Part shown: one piece after another, positions 8,262 to 18,372 of the stretch
Layout of the letters: the number at the start of each line of letters is the position of its first letter
How positions within the stretch are numbered: the first letter of the stretch is position 1
NCBI GenBank assembly: GCA_016432465.1
Contig: CP066690.1
Location: forward strand, 683,666 to 747,665
DNA from: Candidatus Sungiibacteriota bacterium
GTDB taxonomy: Bacteria > Patescibacteriota > Minisyncoccia > Sungbacterales > HO2-52-23
DNA: 64,000 nucleotides
Direction: 5' to 3'
Made by a program: the position numbers and the translations under genes
Notes under the pieces: generated by a model
What the model saw: only the letters and a program-made list of their open reading frames with translations
The model's database searches: none
Told to the model about the DNA's origin: nothing

Positions 8262-8921
8262 ATGTATCTAAATAGGAGGCCGCGGATAGTGGGTAGACCC
8301 GGACGAATCAAGCGTGAAGCGTGTAAGGAACGGGACGAGTTGATTGCCCGTCTTAAAGAGCAAGGTTTTGACAGGGTGATAATGATTAAGGGTCTAGCCA
8401 AGTGTAAAGAGTTTCGTGATGTTTCGAGTGATGCTATCAAGGGTTATGTAAAGCGGTATGAGGCAAGGGGCGGCAAGCTTCCGGAACTAAAAACACCTGC
8501 CCCCCCAAAAAAATTGTTTTCGGGCGTTATGGTGGCGGCGACGAACTTTCAACTTTCGATGCCCGCCAAATCATTTTTGGACGCTATATTGAATGAGATG
8601 CAACTTCGTCTTACGATTCCTGCCATGCGCGAGATAGATAGATTTCTGCGTCGTATCAGGCCGGAAGTGCGCCGGCTAGAAGCAGAGGCTTTAAGGGTTC
8701 AGGCTCTTTTAAGGGAAATAGAGGGTTTAAAAGAAAAATTAGCGGAATGGTCCAATCATTCTTGTCCAGAGGTTGACCTTGATATTCGTGATGCCAACGC
8801 GAAACTTCAGGAAAGAGTTAGTTATCTTGAAAAACGGGTTCAAGCCCTTTCCGAACTAGCGGGCCGTCACCGCCCCCTTGACGATCAACATCTGGCGGTC
8901 TCTTCAAGAGCAGGAGATTGA
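8262..8921 (+). CDS. hypothetical coiled-coil protein
   Basis: ORF with heptad-rich, Arg/Glu-rich C-terminal half. The start is uncertain. Confidence 0.4.
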   Translation: MYLNRRPRIVGRPGRIKREACKERDELIARLKEQGFDRVIMIKGLAKCKEFRDVSSDAIKGYVKRYEARGGKLPELKTPAPPKKLFSGVMVAATNFQLSMPAKSFLDAILNEMQLRLTIPAMREIDRFLRRIRPEVRRLEAEALRVQALLREIEGLKEKLAEWSNHSCPEVDLDIRDANAKLQERVSYLEKRVQALSELAGRHRPLDDQHLAVSSRAGD

Positions 8922-9070
8922 ATATAGTCCCGGGATGCAGCGATGCATCCTTTTATGTTAGGAAGCTCTAAGCAGTAGAGTCGTGCAAGAGTTATTGCGC
9001 GTCGCTCTTGGCCTCGGATGGAATTGCGCAATTTCGCGACGAAAAGTATTTTGAGACGGGCTCTAGAGTT

Positions 9071-9099
9071 TTGAACGCTTATAGGTAAACAGGTATAAT
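9071..9099 (+). promoter_or_regulatory. sigma70-like promoter (TTGAAC-17-TATAAT). The -10 element ends 6 nt before the ATG, so the mRNA is probably leaderless
   Basis: TTGAAC at 9071-9076, TATAAT at 9094-9099, ATG at 9106. Confidence 0.5.
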
Positions 9100-9105
9100 G
9101 AAGTC

Positions 9106-10248
9106 ATGGCTTTCTTAGGGCTGTCCCATACAACAAAAACACCCGCAAGGGCAGTTATTGATGTTGGTTCGGACAGCATAAAAGCGGTTATTTTTGCGGC
9201 TGGCAGTGGGGAAAAACCACCCCAGATTTTTAAAAAGATGGTTGCTAAGCTTCCGGTTGCGGTCAGTCAGGAAAGGACTATTACCAAATTGCGGGAGTTT
9301 TTGTTTGTAATGGTAAAGGAGCTTGGCAGGGTTCCTCAAAAGATTACAGTGGCCCTTGGGCCGCAGATAGCAGAACACAGGCTTCTTACTTGGAGCGTTC
9401 GCCCTGCAGAAAAAGGCCCGCTCTCACGCGAAATGCTTCGTCGTTATTTCCAAAATCTTATAGAGCAAAATCGTGAGGGCACGCGTCATTTCACAGCGCA
9501 CCCGGTAGCGCTTTTTGACAATGGTTATAAGGTGGACCCTTCGGATTTAGAATCAGCTAGTATCTACGATTTATGGTTTCGCACGCTTCTTCTTTATTTT
9601 CCCGGCGAGGTAGGTAGGGTGCTTGCTGATGCAAAAAAAATTCTGGGCGGCATGCCGATTGAGTTTATTCCCGCAGTTTTGGCCTACGAATATGCTATCG
9701 TACGGTCTTTAAATGTTGCCGAGGCCTTAACAGTGGTTGTGGATGGCGAGGAAACAACAATTCTGTACATTCAAGACGGTACAATCGTTGGTGTAGCAGT
9801 ATTCCCCATGGGCGCACGACACTTTTTGCGAAAAATATCCCAAGTGACCAACAGTTCTTTTTTGGAGGCAGAAGATGTTAAAAGACAGTATGCCAGCAGG
9901 ATGCTGGATGCGGGACGAAGTCAAAAACTTCAGGAACATCTGGGCGAGGAAGTTTCCCTGTGGAGGAAAATGTTTCTGGACGAGCTGGATGGTTTTTACC
10001 ACTTAGGTCCTATACCCGAACAGATTTTTCTGACGGGCAAGGGCGCATTGCTTCCGGAACTTCAGGCGGTTTTGAGAGATGCGGAGTGGATAAAGCAGTT
10101 TTCGTACAGCGTCTCACCCCGTGTTAAAATTTTTGAGGCGCAAGGTCTTTTTCAGGGAAACACCATGAATGGACTCTTACGGGGTGTTGAGGAATCGGGT
10201 TTGGCTTCACTTATTATATACTCTCTACACCATGAACCAATTTTTTAA
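9106..10248 (+). CDS. actin-like ATPase of the PilM/FtsA family
   Basis: N-terminal VIDVGSDSIKAV phosphate-1 motif. The size and second nucleotide-binding region fit PilM/FtsA. Confidence 0.55.
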   Translation: MAFLGLSHTTKTPARAVIDVGSDSIKAVIFAAGSGEKPPQIFKKMVAKLPVAVSQERTITKLREFLFVMVKELGRVPQKITVALGPQIAEHRLLTWSVRPAEKGPLSREMLRRYFQNLIEQNREGTRHFTAHPVALFDNGYKVDPSDLESASIYDLWFRTLLLYFPGEVGRVLADAKKILGGMPIEFIPAVLAYEYAIVRSLNVAEALTVVVDGEETTILYIQDGTIVGVAVFPMGARHFLRKISQVTNSSFLEAEDVKRQYASRMLDAGRSQKLQEHLGEEVSLWRKMFLDELDGFYHLGPIPEQIFLTGKGALLPELQAVLRDAEWIKQFSYSVSPRVKIFEAQGLFQGNTMNGLLRGVEESGLASLIIYSLHHEPIF

Positions 10249-11644
10249 CAAAGACCGGAAAATTACGGACGGCATAAGAAGGCGGATGGTGCATTCAGCC
10301 GGGTATCCCAAAAAAGAAATTTCGGTTTCGGCCGCACCAAAACCCCAAGCCGAAGAAATAAAGGTAAAAAGTAAAGAAGCTTTTGCAGGGACGGCCGAAG
10401 AGAACGGCATCGTTATTACAGAGCCGGCCGGAGGAGAGGAGGTAATCAGCGGCGACTACGATTATACGCCGGTTGCTGGTCGCAGGGCCGTTTCTTCGCG
10501 TTTACTTTGGCTGGGGCTTGGCGCCGGATTTTTAGCAGTTTTGGCAGGAGTTATTCTTCTCACAACCGTTTTTGCGCGCCTGACAGTTACGATAAACCCC
10601 CGTTTGGACCAGATCACTGTTGCGGATACAGTAATGGCTTTAGATACTTCTCTTTCTCGTCCCCTTATGCAGCAAAGGGTTGTGCCGGCGCAGTTTCTTG
10701 AGTTTTCCAGAAAAGAAACAGAAGAGTTTGAGGCAACAGGGAAAGAGTTTATAGAAGAACGGGCGCGGGGCAAGGTAAAAATTTATAATCGTTTCAGCTC
10801 TTCCCCGCAGACACTGGTAGCCTCAACCCGGTTTATGACCGACTCCGGTATTTTATTTCGTCTCGCTCGGAACATTGTGATTCCGGGTGCAAAAATAGAA
10901 GAAGGTAAAATAATACCAGAATCAATTGAGGCTGAGTTGATTGCGGATAAAGCCGGCGATGACTCCAATACCCCCTCCGAAGTCGTACTCAAAATTCCCG
11001 GCTTTAAGGGTACGGCCAAATACGACGGTTTTTACGCGTCAGCCCCTTCCGGATTTTCGGGAGGTTTTCGCGGAGAAGCGCGGGTGGTTTCGCAGGACGA
11101 TTTAAGGCTTGCCCAAGAAGCGGTTACCAAAAATCTGCATGAAGGATTACGCCAAGAAATAGCCCGCAAAATCCCGCCGGATTTTAAACTGATTGAAGGA
11201 CTTCGTGAAATCCAGATTACCAATTTAGATTCTCCGCGTCCCAAAACCCGGCGTGACCGTTTCTCCATAGAAGCAGAAGCAAGGGGGAGGGTTTTGGTGT
11301 TTCGTGAAAAAGACGTTGCCGCCGTTATTAAAGAACGATTTAAGCAGGAAGACGCGGGCCGTCTACCAATAGAAGAATCTGAAGAGTTGAACTATCAAGT
11401 TAGGGTAACCGACTTTGTTAAAAAAAGAGGTGAACTTATAGTGCGCGGAAGTTTTAAGGCAGTACCGATTATCCAACAGCAGGAACTGGCCGCTCTGATT
11501 AAAAGTAAAAAAGAGGGGTCCATCTTGGAAATCCTGAAAGGTAGAAAAGAGGTTGCGGATTTTGCAGTATCCTTCTTTCCACCGTGGCTTTTTAAGGCCC
11601 CGGGCGATACTGATAAAATTAAAGTGATTATAAAAGAACCATAA
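10232..11644 (+). CDS. bitopic membrane protein with a large extracytoplasmic domain. It may be the partner of the upstream PilM/FtsA-like ATPase
   Basis: Single TM segment (LLWLGLGAGFLAVLAGVILLTTVF). Its start overlaps the stop of the preceding gene. Confidence 0.45.
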   Translation: MNQFFNKDRKITDGIRRRMVHSAGYPKKEISVSAAPKPQAEEIKVKSKEAFAGTAEENGIVITEPAGGEEVISGDYDYTPVAGRRAVSSRLLWLGLGAGFLAVLAGVILLTTVFARLTVTINPRLDQITVADTVMALDTSLSRPLMQQRVVPAQFLEFSRKETEEFEATGKEFIEERARGKVKIYNRFSSSPQTLVASTRFMTDSGILFRLARNIVIPGAKIEEGKIIPESIEAELIADKAGDDSNTPSEVVLKIPGFKGTAKYDGFYASAPSGFSGGFRGEARVVSQDDLRLAQEAVTKNLHEGLRQEIARKIPPDFKLIEGLREIQITNLDSPRPKTRRDRFSIEAEARGRVLVFREKDVAAVIKERFKQEDAGRLPIEESEELNYQVRVTDFVKKRGELIVRGSFKAVPIIQQQELAALIKSKKEGSILEILKGRKEVADFAVSFFPPWLFKAPGDTDKIKVIIKEP

Positions 11645-11763
11645 GTTGTTCTATTGACTTTTAAAATAAATTATGCTATGATTAGAATAATTAGTCCCTA
11701 ACCCGGTCGATTTTTGGTGGGGGGGCTAAAGCTAACTATTAAGTAAAAATAAATAAAAACAAA

Positions 11764-12900
11764 ATGGACAAAAAAGTAATAATTGGAATTATTGTTTTAG
11801 TGATTTTGGTGGCCGGCTACTTTATATTAAAAAGTCCGGGCGAAGTCACCACCGGACCCGTTAAAATCGGGTTTATCGGACCCCTTACCGGGGATGCAGC
11901 TACTTATGGGGAGCCATTGAAAAATATGATTGGGTTGGCAGTTGGAGAGATTAATGATCAAGGCGGGATAAACGGCCGCAAACTAGAAGTAGTTTACGAA
12001 GACGGTAAATGCAGCGGTCCTTCTGCTGCATCGGCCATGCAAAAGTTGGTCAATGTAGACAAGGTGAAAATAGTTATTGGAGGTTTTTGCTCAAGTGAGT
12101 CGCTAGCCGCCCAACCCATTGCCGCACAAAATAAGGTTTTTCTGTTTTCTGCAGGATCAAGTAGCCCGGATCTAACCAACATTAGTAAGTTTTTTGTAAG
12201 AAACTATCCGAGCGACGCTACACAAGGAACCGTTCTTGCCGATGTTGCCTACAACCAAGAAGGATGGAGGAAAACCGCCTTTATACAAGAACAGCTTGAT
12301 TACCCCTTGGGTATTTATAAGACCTTTGCGGCTCAGTTTACAAAGCTGGGCGGAACTGTTGTTAAAGAAGAGTTTCCAACAGCTACAACTGATTTCCGTT
12401 CACACCTGACTAAACTGCGCGGTCAAAATCCAGATGCTTTGTTTATTGATACGCAAACTGCCGCTGCCGCTGATAGAATTATGAAGCAGGTACAGGAGTT
12501 GAAGTGGAAACCCCGTATACTTCTGTCGGATGCTGTAAGCGGTGACCCTTCAACTATAAGTAAATATGCTCAACTGTTGGAAGGAGCTCTGGCTGCAGAA
12601 TTTGGTGTTGATTCCTCAAATCCGAAGTTTAAAAGCATGATAGCATCGTATAGACAAGTTTATGGGGCAGAACCTCCTTATCAAAGCTATGCGCAAACAG
12701 AGTATGATGCTGTCTATATGATACGTGACGCTATTGCTGCGGTTGGCTATGACGGAAAAAAGGTTGCAGAGTGGACGCGCAGAGTTAAGAACTGGCCCGG
12801 TGCTTCTGGAATGGTTACTATTGGAGATAATGGTGATAGGGTTGGCGGACACGTGCCTAAAATTATTAGAAACGGAAAAGTGGAGATACGTACTAAGTAG
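11764..12900 (+). CDS. livK: branched-chain amino acid ABC transporter substrate-binding protein (LivK/LivJ family)
   Basis: Type 1 periplasmic binding fold with an N-terminal anchor. Promoter TTGACT-17-TATGAT at 11655-11683. Confidence 0.8.
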   Translation: MDKKVIIGIIVLVILVAGYFILKSPGEVTTGPVKIGFIGPLTGDAATYGEPLKNMIGLAVGEINDQGGINGRKLEVVYEDGKCSGPSAASAMQKLVNVDKVKIVIGGFCSSESLAAQPIAAQNKVFLFSAGSSSPDLTNISKFFVRNYPSDATQGTVLADVAYNQEGWRKTAFIQEQLDYPLGIYKTFAAQFTKLGGTVVKEEFPTATTDFRSHLTKLRGQNPDALFIDTQTAAAADRIMKQVQELKWKPRILLSDAVSGDPSTISKYAQLLEGALAAEFGVDSSNPKFKSMIASYRQVYGAEPPYQSYAQTEYDAVYMIRDAIAAVGYDGKKVAEWTRRVKNWPGASGMVTIGDNGDRVGGHVPKIIRNGKVEIRTK

Positions 12901-12923
12901 GCGAACACTAAATTTCAAAAACA

Positions 12924-12960
12924 AAAGAGCCCCGCTTGAAGCAGGGCTCTTTTGTTTTCT
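12924..12960 (+). terminator. rho-independent terminator or attenuator after livK
   Basis: AGAGCCCcGCTT..AGCaGGGCTCT hairpin followed by TTTTGTTTT. Confidence 0.55.
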
Positions 12961-12990
12961 TGGGAAAGAAATTACGCTATAATTCATTTT

Positions 12991-13857
12991 ATGAATATCC
13001 TTCCGCAACTCATCCTCAATAGTGTTATTGCCGGAGCAATTTATACCTTAGTTGCCTTAGGATTTAATTTAAGTTTTGGCGCCGCCAGATTTTTTAACCT
13101 TGCCCACGGTACGGTAGCTGTGGCCGGAGGATATGTGGTTCTTTTTTTAATGAAGTGGCTTCAGGTGGACCCTGTGCTAAGCGTTATTTCCGGCGTAGTC
13201 TCTGCCGGGTTTATTGGATACGGTCTTTTTCAGTTGGTTTATGCGCCGCTTCGCGAACACAAGGCCTCTAATCTCGTTTTGCTCGTTGCTTCTTTGGGCG
13301 CTTTTATTGCGCTTCAAGCGATACTGGCCATGCTTTTTTCCTCACAGTTTCAGACACTCTATCAGGGTTCTCTTGTCCCCACAACCTATGCAATTTTGGG
13401 AGGCGTTATCACTCAAGTTCAGCTTCTTACTTTGGGCTCGGCCTTTTTGATTACCTTGGGTCTGGCTCTTGTTTTAAACATGACGGTTTTTGGAAAAGCG
13501 GTCAGGGCAGTGAGCGACGATGAGGAGGTGGCCAAGATTGTTGGTATTAACACCCGTAAAATAATCGGCCGCGTATTTTTTATGGCTTCGGCCATCGCGG
13601 GGCTCGGCGGAATTTTAATTGGTTTTGATACGGGCCTTGAGCCCACCACCGGTCTTCCCCTGCTTCTTAAGGGGGTGATTGCATCCATTATTGGGGGTAT
13701 TGGCAACGTTTACGGCGGTGTGCTTGGCGCTTTTCTTTTGGGTTTTGTGGAAAATTTTGGCATCTGGAAAATTTCCGGAGAATGGAAAGACGCTATCGCT
13801 TTTACCCTTCTGATTATTTTTCTCATATTTAGGCCGAATGGAATAATCAGAAGGTGA
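12991..13857 (+). CDS. livH: branched-chain amino acid ABC transporter permease LivH
   Basis: Polytopic permease with the conserved LivH family signature region. Confidence 0.8.
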   Translation: MNILPQLILNSVIAGAIYTLVALGFNLSFGAARFFNLAHGTVAVAGGYVVLFLMKWLQVDPVLSVISGVVSAGFIGYGLFQLVYAPLREHKASNLVLLVASLGAFIALQAILAMLFSSQFQTLYQGSLVPTTYAILGGVITQVQLLTLGSAFLITLGLALVLNMTVFGKAVRAVSDDEEVAKIVGINTRKIIGRVFFMASAIAGLGGILIGFDTGLEPTTGLPLLLKGVIASIIGGIGNVYGGVLGAFLLGFVENFGIWKISGEWKDAIAFTLLIIFLIFRPNGIIRR

Positions 13858-13881
13858 ATTAGGATTTAAGAATTATGATTT

Positions 13882-14265
13882 ATGAATGAGAAAATCAGGG
13901 ATTTTAAGGATCTATACGCTTGGCAAGAGGCGCATAAACTTGTTGTCATGGTTTACAAAATAACGGAAAAGTTCCCGAAATCCGAGGTGTTTGGTTTGAC
14001 AAATCAAATGCGGAGGTCGGCTATTTCAGTAACTTCTAATATCGCCGAGGGGTTTGGAAGGCAAGGTTACAAAGAAAAAGTTCAGTTTTATTATCTTGCG
14101 CAGGGATCTCTTATTGAACTGAAAAACCAGCTTATCGCTGCGAAGGATGTAGGTTATTTGACTGACAAAGATTTTGCAGGACTGGTAGAACAGGCAAACC
14201 TTGCTCATAAAATACTACAGGGATTGATTACTAAATCTAAACACCTCTTAAACCATGATTCCTGA
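13882..14265 (+). CDS. four-helix-bundle protein of the 23S rRNA intervening-sequence protein family (TIGR02436-like)
   Basis: Conserved blocks YAWQEAHKL, RRSAISVTSNIAEGFGR and LAQGSLIEL. It is flanked by roughly 23-bp imperfect inverted repeats. Confidence 0.8.
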   Translation: MNEKIRDFKDLYAWQEAHKLVVMVYKITEKFPKSEVFGLTNQMRRSAISVTSNIAEGFGRQGYKEKVQFYYLAQGSLIELKNQLIAAKDVGYLTDKDFAGLVEQANLAHKILQGLITKSKHLLNHDS

Positions 14266-14323
14266 ATCATTCTTAATTCCTAAATCTTAAATCATAAATC
14301 TTAAGTCATAGATCATCTCTGTT

Positions 14324-15190
14324 ATGGAATATTTAATTCATCTGGCAATTTTATTCAGCATCTACGCGATGCTTGGTATCTCCTTGAACCTTGTGGTTGG
14401 ATTCACCGGCCTTTTATCGGTGGCCCAAGCCGCGTTTTTTGGCATTGGCGCCTATACCACCGCGATTTTGATGACCAGTTTGGGTGTTAATTTTTTTGTA
14501 TCGGTAGCGGCAGCAGTGTTTTTGACCGCGCTTATTAGTTTTCTTATAGGGTTTGTTTTGAGTAAATTTTCCGGAGATTATTATGCCTTGGCTTCTTTGG
14601 GTTTTAACGTTATTGCAGTGAGCGTGTTTCTTAACTGGCAAAGTCTAACTCGGGGTCCCTTGGGAATTCCCGGAATTTCACGGCCTGAATTTTTGGGCTT
14701 TCCTTTTTTTTCTAATACTGCCTTTTTGGTCTTGGCGCTGGCGGGTTTATTGATTGTTTATCTTGCCTCGCGTCTTATTGTGAACTCCTCTTTTGGCCGC
14801 GTGCTAAAAGCCATACGCGAGGATGAATCAGCCATCCAAATTTTTGGATACAAGACTCTTTATTATAAACTAACGATATTTGTTATCGGCGCAATTTTTG
14901 CGGCTCTGGGCGGTTCGCTTTTTGCTTCCTACATTACTTTTATTGACCCCTCCAGCTTTGTTCTATTTGAGTCCATATTTATAATGGCGATTATAATTTT
15001 GGGAGGACTTGCCAATTTGGAAGGTTCGGTACTAGGCGCTCTTTTTTTGATTTTGCTTCCAGAAATTTTACGCTTTGTAGGGTTCCCTATTGATATCGCA
15101 GCCCAGATGCGTCAACTCGTCTATGGATTGTTGTTAATTCTTTTGATGCTTTATCGGCCGCAGGGCTTACGCGGCGAATTTAAATTATGA
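14324..15190 (+). CDS. livM: branched-chain amino acid ABC transporter permease LivM
   Basis: Polytopic permease downstream of livH. Confidence 0.8.
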   Translation: MEYLIHLAILFSIYAMLGISLNLVVGFTGLLSVAQAAFFGIGAYTTAILMTSLGVNFFVSVAAAVFLTALISFLIGFVLSKFSGDYYALASLGFNVIAVSVFLNWQSLTRGPLGIPGISRPEFLGFPFFSNTAFLVLALAGLLIVYLASRLIVNSSFGRVLKAIREDESAIQIFGYKTLYYKLTIFVIGAIFAALGGSLFASYITFIDPSSFVLFESIFIMAIIILGGLANLEGSVLGALFLILLPEILRFVGFPIDIAAQMRQLVYGLLLILLMLYRPQGLRGEFKL

Positions 15191-15918
15191 TTCTTGAAAC
15201 TAAAAACTTAACCAAAAATTTTGGAGGCGTGCGGGCGGTTGCCGGTCTCTATCTTGGTTTTGAGCGTGGTAAAATAACAGGTCTTATTGGTCCCAACGGA
15301 TCAGGCAAAACAACTTTAGTTAATCTTCTTAGCGGTATGATACCGGCTGATAGGGGTCTGGTGGTTATCAGCGAAAAAGTAAAACTTAGCACCGTAAAGC
15401 CGTACGAGGTTCTGACCTATGGCCTTACCCGCACTTTTCAGGATGTGCGGCTGTTCAATCAAATGCCGGTTTTGGATAATATCCTTGTGGTGCTCACCGA
15501 GAGAAATGTTTTTGGTGCTCTTTTTGAAAAACACAGCGCATATCATTTTAAAAAAGCCGAAGAGGTTTTAAGGATGGTGGGACTTTGGGAGAAGCGGCAG
15601 GAGCTTGCGGCCAACCTATCGTATGGACAGAGAAAACTTCTTGAAATTGCGCGGGCTCTGGCTACAGATGCCGATATTCTTCTTTTAGATGAGCCATTTG
15701 CCGGTCTTTTCCCGGAAATGGTGAAGGTGGTGGTCTCGGTGGTCAAAGACCTAAGGGCTAAAGGAAAGACCGTTATCCTTATAGAGCATAATATGGAATT
15801 AATTAGGGAACTTTCCGATTTTATTGTAGTTTTGGATAGCGGTGAGTTGCTGGCCAAGGGGAAACCGGAGGACGTTTTATCACAGAAAAAAGTTATTGAG
15901 GCTTATTTGGGAGAATAA
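15187..15918 (+). CDS. livG: branched-chain amino acid ABC transporter ATP-binding protein LivG
   Basis: Walker A GPNGSGKTT, ABC signature LSYGQRK, Walker B LLLDEP. Confidence 0.85.
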   Translation: MILETKNLTKNFGGVRAVAGLYLGFERGKITGLIGPNGSGKTTLVNLLSGMIPADRGLVVISEKVKLSTVKPYEVLTYGLTRTFQDVRLFNQMPVLDNILVVLTERNVFGALFEKHSAYHFKKAEEVLRMVGLWEKRQELAANLSYGQRKLLEIARALATDADILLLDEPFAGLFPEMVKVVVSVVKDLRAKGKTVILIEHNMELIRELSDFIVVLDSGELLAKGKPEDVLSQKKVIEAYLGE

Positions 15919-15987
15919 AGTTTTAGTTATAATTGACAAGTAAACATTTTTAAATTATAATATATATTATTCTGCAAATATTTTATC

Positions 15988-17058
15988 ATGAAAAACCTAT
16001 ACAAACCAAATTTAAGAAAAATTATCCTAGGGTTAGTCATTCTTATAATCTTAGTTGGGGCTGCTTACCTAACTTTCATCGATAAACAATCATCGAACGC
16101 AATAACCGTCGGAGTGATCACAGATCTGACTGGACCAGCAGCTTATTGGGGTGAGTCAACACGCGAAGGTGCTCAGTTAGCGGTCAACCAACTTCAAGAG
16201 AGCGGCATTGGTGTTCAGGTCGTATTTGAAGACTATCAATTGGAGGCAGCAAGGGCGGTTGGTGCCGCCCAAAAGCTCGTTGCCGTTGACAAGGTTGATG
16301 CGGTTTATGCCGAATTTAATCCAGCGGCGATTTCAGTCGGGTCCTTTCTGAAGGACAAGAATATTTTATATGTTTACGACGCTGCAGTCGTATCACCACT
16401 TAGGGGTTTGCCCTATGCGTATAAGACTTATTTGGATTACAAGGGTGGGTGTAAGGCAATTGCCAAGAAGTTTAAGGAAACGGGAGTAAATAAAATAGGA
16501 GTCTTAAAAGTCAACCTTGAATTCGGTGAGCTTTGTCTAGAGGGAGTTAAAGAAATTTATGGGAACCCTGTAATTTCTGAGGGGTATAACTTAGGTGACA
16601 CTGATTTTCGAACCCAACTTCTTAAAATAAAAGGTAATGGTGCTAATGCAGTTATAAATGTTGGGTTTGAGGGGGATACTTACAATACTCTTAAGACTAT
16701 TCGGGATTTTCAATATAAAATGTTATATGGGACTGTTGATGATACCATCACCGATAAGGTTAAAAAGGATTTTACGTCTGAATTAAAAGGCGGGTTTACT
16801 TTCGGGTTTAGAGACGTTGATCCGGTCTTCAGGGCCAAGCTAAAAGCAAAACTCCAAGATAAAACGTTGGCAACCGAGTATGCGGCCGCCCTTGCTTATA
16901 CCCACATTAGGCAGATAACTGAAGCACTGCATCAATGCAACAAAGACCTTTCTTGCGTAATAAAGAAACTTGATGCGGCCAGGCCGGACCCAACTATTGG
17001 TTTTGAGAGATTTGATAAACACATCGGAGTTCTTGATATGTCCATCAGGAGTTATTGA
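15988..17058 (+). CDS. second Liv-type substrate-binding protein (type 1 periplasmic binding fold, N-terminal anchor)
   Basis: Own promoter TTGACA-17-TATAAT at 15935-15963. Confidence 0.7.
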   Translation: MKNLYKPNLRKIILGLVILIILVGAAYLTFIDKQSSNAITVGVITDLTGPAAYWGESTREGAQLAVNQLQESGIGVQVVFEDYQLEAARAVGAAQKLVAVDKVDAVYAEFNPAAISVGSFLKDKNILYVYDAAVVSPLRGLPYAYKTYLDYKGGCKAIAKKFKETGVNKIGVLKVNLEFGELCLEGVKEIYGNPVISEGYNLGDTDFRTQLLKIKGNGANAVINVGFEGDTYNTLKTIRDFQYKMLYGTVDDTITDKVKKDFTSELKGGFTFGFRDVDPVFRAKLKAKLQDKTLATEYAAALAYTHIRQITEALHQCNKDLSCVIKKLDAARPDPTIGFERFDKHIGVLDMSIRSY

Positions 17059-17789
17059 CAACAATGAAAAGAGAACTACTTTTGCAGTTAGTGGGCACAT
17101 CGGTTCATTACGGCGGCGTAAGGGCCCTGGATAGTGTGGATATTTTTATTGACGAAGGGGAGATTGTGGCTCTTATGGGGCCCAATGGCGCCGGCAAATC
17201 AACGGTGCTCAAAGCGATTTTTGGATTGGCCCCGATTCATTCCGGAAAAATCCTCTGGCACGAAAAAGAGTTGGCCCCGCGCTCGCACGAGGTTGTTAAA
17301 TTAGGTATCGCTTTTGTACCGCAGGGAAGAAGGGTTTTTAGTCATCTGACTGTGGAGGAAAATCTTGAAATGGGCGGATTTTTGATTAGAGAAAAAGAAA
17401 GATTAAGGGCCCGTATGCAAGAGGTCATGGAAACTTTTCCGGTGTTGGCTCAAAAATGGAGTATCAAATCAGGCGCTCTCTCCGGCGGCCAGCAACAGAT
17501 GCTGGCTCTAGGTCGGGGATTGATGACTGATCCCAAAGTCTTGCTTCTGGACGAGCCCTCTTTGGGCCTTGCGCCCAAAATTGTCAAAGAAGTTTTTGCT
17601 AAAATCAAAGAAATCAACGAAAAACACAAAACCGCCATTATGGTGGTGGAGCACAATATAAAATCGCTTCTTGAGATTGCAGACCGCGCTTATGTATTGG
17701 ATAAAGGGAAAATTGTAGCCAAAGACACATCGCAAAAACTTTTGGAAAGTGATGTTTTGGAGAAGGTATTTATGGGGGAAACAGCTTGA
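17055..17789 (+). CDS. livF: branched-chain amino acid ABC transporter ATP-binding protein LivF
   Basis: Walker A GPNGAGKST, signature LSGGQQQ, Walker B LLLDEP. Confidence 0.85.
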   Translation: MTTMKRELLLQLVGTSVHYGGVRALDSVDIFIDEGEIVALMGPNGAGKSTVLKAIFGLAPIHSGKILWHEKELAPRSHEVVKLGIAFVPQGRRVFSHLTVEENLEMGGFLIREKERLRARMQEVMETFPVLAQKWSIKSGALSGGQQQMLALGRGLMTDPKVLLLDEPSLGLAPKIVKEVFAKIKEINEKHKTAIMVVEHNIKSLLEIADRAYVLDKGKIVAKDTSQKLLESDVLEKVFMGETA

Positions 17790-17946
17790 TGCTGTTTTCA
17801 AAAACTGCCCACCTGGGCGTTTTTGATTATTGTTTCCTGGGGGTTTCTTACTTAATCTGCCTCTTCTGAACCAACCTTATTTGGAGATTAGCTCGGAAGA
17901 GGTGGGAGGGCGCATCCCGAAGGACGTACCCTCCTCCTTTTTTGGG

Positions 17947-18372
17947 TCAGCCGATGACCCCCTTCGTGTCAACCTTGCCGGCCTTGACCAGTATGGCAAG
18001 GATCTTCTTGGCGGTGAGCGGACGGTCCCCGCGCAGGTGAGCCAGCCGGAGTGCTCGGCCACCCGGCAAGATGATCGGATTTCCTTGGTTCTCGTACGGG
18101 TCATACCCGTCCGTAACCAAAGTATCGCGGTAGCCGCGAAGGCCATGCGCGGCAGCGGCCTTCCGGAACTTCTGCTCCTCTCTCACTGCCTCCGCGACGG
18201 AGAGCGGCTTTGAGAAGACTTTCTCGTAGCCGCAGAAGTGCAAGCGTCGGGTCCCGTAATCCCGGCCCGACCAACCGAGCGCGTTCACGCCTTCCTCCTT
18301 ACGATACCAGTCGGAAGGAGAGGAAGTTGGACGCGCGTGCTGGATAAAAAGTCCTTTCACCTTCACTTTCAT
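17947..18372 (-). CDS. hypothetical protein (141 aa) in a GC-rich (~60%) island. Resemblance to Arr-type ADP-ribosyltransferases is weak
   Basis: Strong RBS (AAGGAG 8 nt upstream of the ATG on the minus strand). The composition departs sharply from the flanks. Confidence 0.55.
   Translation of the reverse strand: MKVKVKGLFIQHARPTSSPSDWYRKEEGVNALGWSGRDYGTRRLHFCGYEKVFSKPLSVAEAVREEQKFRKAAAAHGLRGYRDTLVTDGYDPYENQGNPIILPGGRALRLAHLRGDRPLTAKKILAILVKAGKVDTKGVIG

Noticed and set aside
17830-18213. 127-aa plus-strand ORF in the GC-rich island
   Set aside because: The overlapping minus-strand ORF has a textbook RBS (AAGGAG) and is longer. High GC inflates spurious ORFs on the opposite strand.
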